In this document: positions 58,968-64,000 of the stretch, in pieces
Position numbering within the stretch: position 1 is the stretch's first letter
Layout of the letters: each line of letters begins with the position of its first letter
Source: Eledone cirrhosa
Taxonomy: Eukaryota
Direction of reading: 5' to 3'
Assembly: GCA_964016885.1 (NCBI GenBank)
Contig: OZ024758.1
Coordinates: 28,086,001-28,150,000, forward strand
DNA: 64,000 nucleotides
Position numbers and translations under genes: made by a program
Notes under the pieces: generated by a model
Seen by the model: only the letters and a program-made list of their open reading frames with translations
Database searches by the model: none
Told to the model about the DNA's origin: nothing

Positions 58968-59465
58968 ATTATAAAATAACAGGAGTCTGGACTGGTGTAA
59001 TTCCTTAAAGGTTTATTATACTATGAACATTTCAATGACCGGGTTCAGTATGAATCCGGTGACATCATCAGGTATTCGAAATTTAACAAAGGAATATAAT
59101 CCATGGAGCTGAAAAGGCAGAGAGACAAGAAGGCGGCCACACATTTATCAGTTTCTAGTCAGGTCGGCCGCCTTCAAGTCACATATATATTCCTTTGTTA
59201 AATTTTGAATACCTGATGATGTCACCGGATTCATACTGAACTCGGTCATTGAAATGTTCATAGTATAATAAACCTTTAAGGAATTACACCAGTCCAGCCT
59301 CGTGTTATTTTATAATAATTAACTCCGTACTCGCACCACCACCAACACAAACGAAGACGGGTGTGTTGCATTACGTTGAGTGCTCTCCCTAATATTACAT
59401 CAAGGTGAACTATACAGAATGACCAGTTCTATCCAGTGGTGAACCAACAAACCTAAATAAATAAA
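58968..59465 (+). mobile_element. Penelope-like terminal-repeat remnant with ~130-bp inverted arms, each carrying a hammerhead-like motif (family H4)
   Basis: 58968-59099 is the reverse complement of 59187-59315. Motif ATAC-CTGATGA-..ACCGG..CGGT..-GAAA-TGTTCA-TA-GTAT at 59209-59266 (+) and 59018-59075 (-). Bounded by (TA)n. Confidence 0.6.
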
Positions 59466-59536
59466 TATATATATATATACCACCCTTATCAAGACCTCTA
59501 TGGATTTTGGTCTTTGCTTTTATTATTACTACTATA

Positions 59537-59781
59537 CAGGGCCAGCGCTACTATATAGGCAAACTAGGCAGCCACCTAGGGCACTGATTTCAGGGGGCGA
59601 ATTTCTACAAACCAACAATTTAAAAGATAAATAAATAAATTTCAGTTTTATTGAGGGTCATTTTTTTTATCCTAGTTCATTTCATACAGGGACAAATAAA
59701 TGTTGAAATTGATATTTTCCTGGTTGGGGGCTCCAGAATCTAACCTTGCCTAGGGTGCCAGCTAGTCTGGCACCAGCCCTA
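59537..59781. mobile_element. hAT-type MITE
   Basis: CAGGGCC...GCCCT(A) termini with an 8-bp TSD CTACTATA at 59529-59536 and 59782-59789. Confidence 0.75.
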
Positions 59782-59796
59782 CTACTATATATATAT

Positions 59797-60077
59797 CAGG
59801 GGAGAAGGGTCCGTGCATGCAACGCATGCAGTGCATGCATTATAGAATCTTGAGTTGATCTATTGCATCGGTTGAAGCAAGTAGAATTTTGACTGCTTAC
59901 TAAATTGTAGACACATAAAAAGATAACACACACACACACACACACTAGATAACACTACATGCGGCTTTGACCGGGAGGGTCATTTAGAGGGAACTGGGGG
60001 GTAAGGCTGCACAGCCCCACTTTCCGCCATGGCGATTAGACTGCATGCCCTGCTTTCCAGGTTACCCTTCGCCACTG
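59797..60077. mobile_element. MITE inserted in (TA)n, hAT-like
   Basis: TIR CAGGGGAGAAGGGT / ACCCTTCGCCACTG (12 of 14 match), with TA repeats on both sides. Confidence 0.6.
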
Positions 60078-60087
60078 ATATATATAT

Positions 60088-60780
60088 CATCATCATCGTT
60101 TAACGTGCATCTTCCACGCTTGCATGGGTTTGGACGGGGAGTTTTCCCACTTGAGGCAAGATTGGTTCTCTTGCTCGCATAGGACTGTCTGGCGGGTTTT
60201 CTACGGCTGGATGCCCTTCCTAACACCAACCACGTTTACAGTGTGGAACTGGGAGGTTTTTACCATGTTACCTACACGGCCACATTACAGCGTGGACTGT
60301 GTGTTTTTTTGTCGTGACACCTACACGACCTCATTTATTTCGGACTGGATGTTGTGGTACCAACATAACTTTACATCGAAAGGGGTGGTGTGGATGGGGT
60401 GGGGGTGTATTTTTGTTAGAGGTGCCTACTGACTAGGTTTCGCTTTGTACTGAGGCAAGGCGGGTCTTCTGTATTACTGTGTAGCGCCAAAGATCTCGGT
60501 CCAGTGACATTGTCTTGGAGAGGTGTAAGTCTGTGAGGTCGGAATTTATCAAGTTGTCCCAGGTTTTTCTGGGTCTGCCTACTCCGTGGCTACCGTCTAT
60601 TTTTATCGCCCTGCACTTTTTTATACAGCTGTCGTCTTTCATGCGCATCACGTAACCATACCAACGTAACTTTCTCTCGAGTAAACAACATCTGATTCCT
60701 TTTATTTCTAATTTCTCCCTTAGTTCATTTATGCTTTGCCGTTCACATATATTACTATTACACATAGTTTCAAAACAGTG
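60088..60780 (-). mobile_element. RTE LINE 3' fragment with a long 3' UTR
   Basis: LREKLEIKGIRCCLLERKLRWYGYVMRM..GRPRKTW..KTRLASVQSET*, followed by ~340 nt of UTR containing GTTAGGAAGGGCATCCAGC and a (TGA)n tail. Confidence 0.85.
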
Positions 60781-62319
60781 GGGTGCACCGCACAAAGACA
60801 ACGGAAAAATGGACAGTCCCATCTCCTCAGTCAATCCCAACAACTTCAAAATTGTAGTGATCTCCAGGAGAGCGGTGTTAAAAATAGTATAAGAAAATTT
60901 AGCACTTCAGTGTATCCATACATTAACAGATATATTAATTTAGACACTGCTTATGTTTTGATGTTGCTTTTAAATGTACTTATTTTGCATCATATTATTT
61001 GATATGGTATGAGTCTCATTTATGGTATAAAGTTATCTTTTGCATGTATTGATGTGGAAACTTATAACAATATGTAAATTCCTAAGGATATGTAGAGCAA
61101 CAAACAGATACCTCATGTAAATCATGGTATGGCCCGCCGTTATACATTGAAACGTAGGATTAAAATAATCTTATAAGTATAACTTGGTTATTCCCTCTCT
61201 GTTTATTAAATTTTTGAGCATTGCAGCCTGTGGCCTAACCATCTATAAAGAATCTACAATGGCTTGAGAAGCTAAGCCTCGTTAGATTACTGCTGGATGA
61301 AGGAAACTGATTAGCATAGAGTTTCTATCATCTTTACCAGGATCTATATTAGTCATTACTTGACCTGTCTAACCTCATAACGTGACAGCCTATCTAATCC
61401 ATGCAAGCATAAAAAAATAGCTGTTAAAAGATGATGATGATAATGACACACAGATACATACATAGATACAAGAACAAAACAACGATAATTTCACACGTAA
61501 TAATCTATATATAAAGTTTTGTGATTCTGTCACAACACGTAAGTAAAGAGAGAGGAGTAGTTTGACTACCTCATACTACTCCTCTCCTTTTACGCCTGCT
61601 TCCTGTGTGAATGTATGTGTTTAAAATTAAAAGGAAGGAAGGGGGTGGTGAAAAAACTAAGCAAAATAATGGCTGGCGTTCCATTTGTTATGTTGTGTAT
61701 GTGTGTTTGTGTGAATGTATGTGTGTATGTGAATGTATGTGAATGTGTGAATGTGTGTGTGCGTTTGTGTGAATGTGTGTGTGCGTTTGTGTGAATGTAT
61801 GTGTGCGTTTGTGTGAATGTATGTGTGCGTTTGTGTGAATGTATGTGTGCGTTTGTGTGAATGTATGTGTGCGTTTGTGTGAATGTATGTGTGCGTTTGT
61901 GTGAATGTATGTGTGCGTTTGTGTGAATGTATGTGTGCGTTTGTGTGAATGTATGTGTGCGTTTGTGTGAATGTATGTGTGCGTTTGTGTGAATGTATGT
62001 GTGCGTTTGTATTTTTGTAAGTGTGTCTGTGTTTGCATGTTTATATTTATATACTCATACATATAAATGTATGCATATGCACATACACACATGCACACAC
62101 TTATACACATACACGTGAGCGTAATGTAAAACAACAAATACTGAATCTATGCAAATAATTTAGCAACTCACGTTTTGCTTTAGTCCAAAATTGCAAGTTT
62201 CCTTTACAGAACTCTAGTTGAATGAAAAGGCACCAGAGCCAAATCTAAAATGAAAAAATTAATATTAAGTTAAGTATTATGAACAAATATGTTCTGTAAT
62301 GCATTATTAATTAGGTACA

Positions 62320-62492
62320 TATGAGGGTTAACTGAAAAGTTCATAGGCTGTCTATAAAAAAGTGATGCTAGAGCTGTGAAATATTGCATGCATTAATTTC
62401 AACTCTTCTTATTAATAACTACATTGTTGTTTCTTTCTAGGGACTATGTTGAAAAATACACCTCATTTGGTCATTCCATGAGAGTATCTTGA
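62320..62492 (+). mobile_element. Mariner-type MITE remnant (its right end is seen at 14820-14912)
   Basis: Starts TATGAGGGTTAACTGAAAAGTTC. Shares CCTCATTTGGTCATTCCATGAGAGTATCTTG with ~14850, which ends in ..AACCCTCATA. Confidence 0.5.
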
Positions 62493-62976
62493 AAAAGGCC
62501 TTATTAACAGAATCCTCAATCTAATTTAAATCAGCTAAATGTGAGAGTCCCATATGCAGAAAATAATTGTAACATTTGAACATTATAGTGGATTGGCAGA
62601 GCTTTGCAGAATAGAGTTATGGCCCTTTACGTTCTCAGTTCAAATCACCCGCCGATGCTGGCTTTGCCTTGCATCCTTATGGGGTCGATAAAATAAAGCA
62701 CCTGTAACACGCTGGGGTAATTGCTGGCCTTGTGCCAAAAGTAGAAACAATTATAACCAATAGTTGAGAAAATTTAGTAAACTATATTTAGAGATGGGAA
62801 AAATGAGATGGAGGAGCTTCTTTGCCACTATTTTCTATCCGTTCTCTGAGAGTTATCTAGTCAACAATATCACTCATAACATGCCATTACATTTTTAAAA
62901 TTTCAAACACTCCCAGCACCTCAATATTTCATAAAGTTTTATTATACACAGTTTATTTAAAAAAAAAAAGGGCAAA

Positions 62977-64000
62977 GTCCACCCAGTATGGTGATCTGGT
63001 GCTGACATAGAACCCAGTCCACCCTGTATGGTGATCTGGTGCTGACATAGAACCCTGTCTAGCCAGTATGGTGATCTGGTGCTGACATAGAACCCAGTCT
63101 AGCCAGTATGGTGATCTGGTGCTGACATAGAACCCAGTCTACCCTGTATGGTGATCTGGTGCTGACATAGAACCCTGTCTAGCCAGTATGGTGATCTGGT
63201 GCTGACATAGAACCCAGTCTAGCCAGTATGGTGATCTGGTGCTGACATAGAACCCAGTCTACCCTGTATGGTGATCTGGTGCTGACATAGAACCCAGTCT
63301 AGCCAGTATGGTGATCTGGTGCTGACATAGAACCCAGTCTACCCTGTATGGTGATCTGGTGCTGACATAGAACCCAGTCCACCCTGTATGGTGATCTGGT
63401 GCTGACATAGAACCAAGTCTAGCCAGTATGGTGATCTGGTGCTGACATAGAACCCAGTCTAGCCAGTATGGTGATCTGGTGCTGACATAGAACCCTGTAT
63501 GGTGATCTGGTGCTGACATAGAACCCAGTCCACCCTGTATGGTGATCTGGTGCTGACATAGAACCCAGTCCACCCTGTATGGTGATCTGGTGCTGACATA
63601 GAACCCAGTCCACCCTGTATGGTGATCTGGTGCTGACATAGAACCCAGTCTAGCCAGTATGGTGATCTGGTGCTGACATAGAACCCAGTCCACCCTGTAT
63701 GGTGATCTGGTGCTGACATAGAACCCAGTCTACCCTGTATGGTGATCTGGTGCTGACATAGAACCCAGTCCACCCTGTATGGTGATCTGGTGCTGACATA
63801 GAACCCAGTCCACCCTGTATGGTGATCTGGTGCTGACATAGAACCCTGTCTAGCCAGTATGGTGATCTGGTGCTGACATAGAACCCTGTCTAGCCAGTAT
63901 GGTGATGACATAGAACCCAGTCCACCCTGTATGATGATCTGGTGCTGACATAGAACCCTGTCTAGCCAGTATGGTGATCTGGTGCTGACATAGAACCCAG
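62977..64000. repeat. 40-bp minisatellite GTATGGTGATCTGGTGCTGACATAGAACCCAGTCCACCCT, ~25 copies, running off the window
   Basis: Periodicity of 40 with two alternating variants (CACCCT / TAGCCA). Confidence 0.95.

Overview
AT-rich, repeat-dense eukaryotic DNA. The SINE, MITE and microsatellite content suggests an octopod cephalopod (inference). One host gene is recognisable: the 5' part of a minus-strand GH20 beta-hexosaminidase (HEXA/HEXB-like). Six coding exons (21642-21540, 21400-20651, 12572-12460, 6707-6597, 4106-4005, 2121-2016) join in frame across GT-AG introns, and the gene runs off the left edge. The protein has a signal peptide followed by an unusually long (~160 aa) polar N-terminal extension. 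The rest is mobile DNA: two tRNA-derived SINE families, RTE and CR1-like LINE fragments, a Penelope GIY-YIG remnant, a deleted DD37D Tc1/mariner, piggyBac- and hAT-type MITEs, non-autonomous Helitrons, TE-derived minisatellites and very long (TA)-based tracts. The most striking unannotated signal is a set of minimal hammerhead-ribozyme motifs from several Penelope-like families. They often sit in fold-back structures next to (TA)n, and some lie in the sense orientation inside the hexosaminidase introns. Most long ORFs in the track are microsatellite artefacts. All calls were read by eye, with no alignments or folding run.
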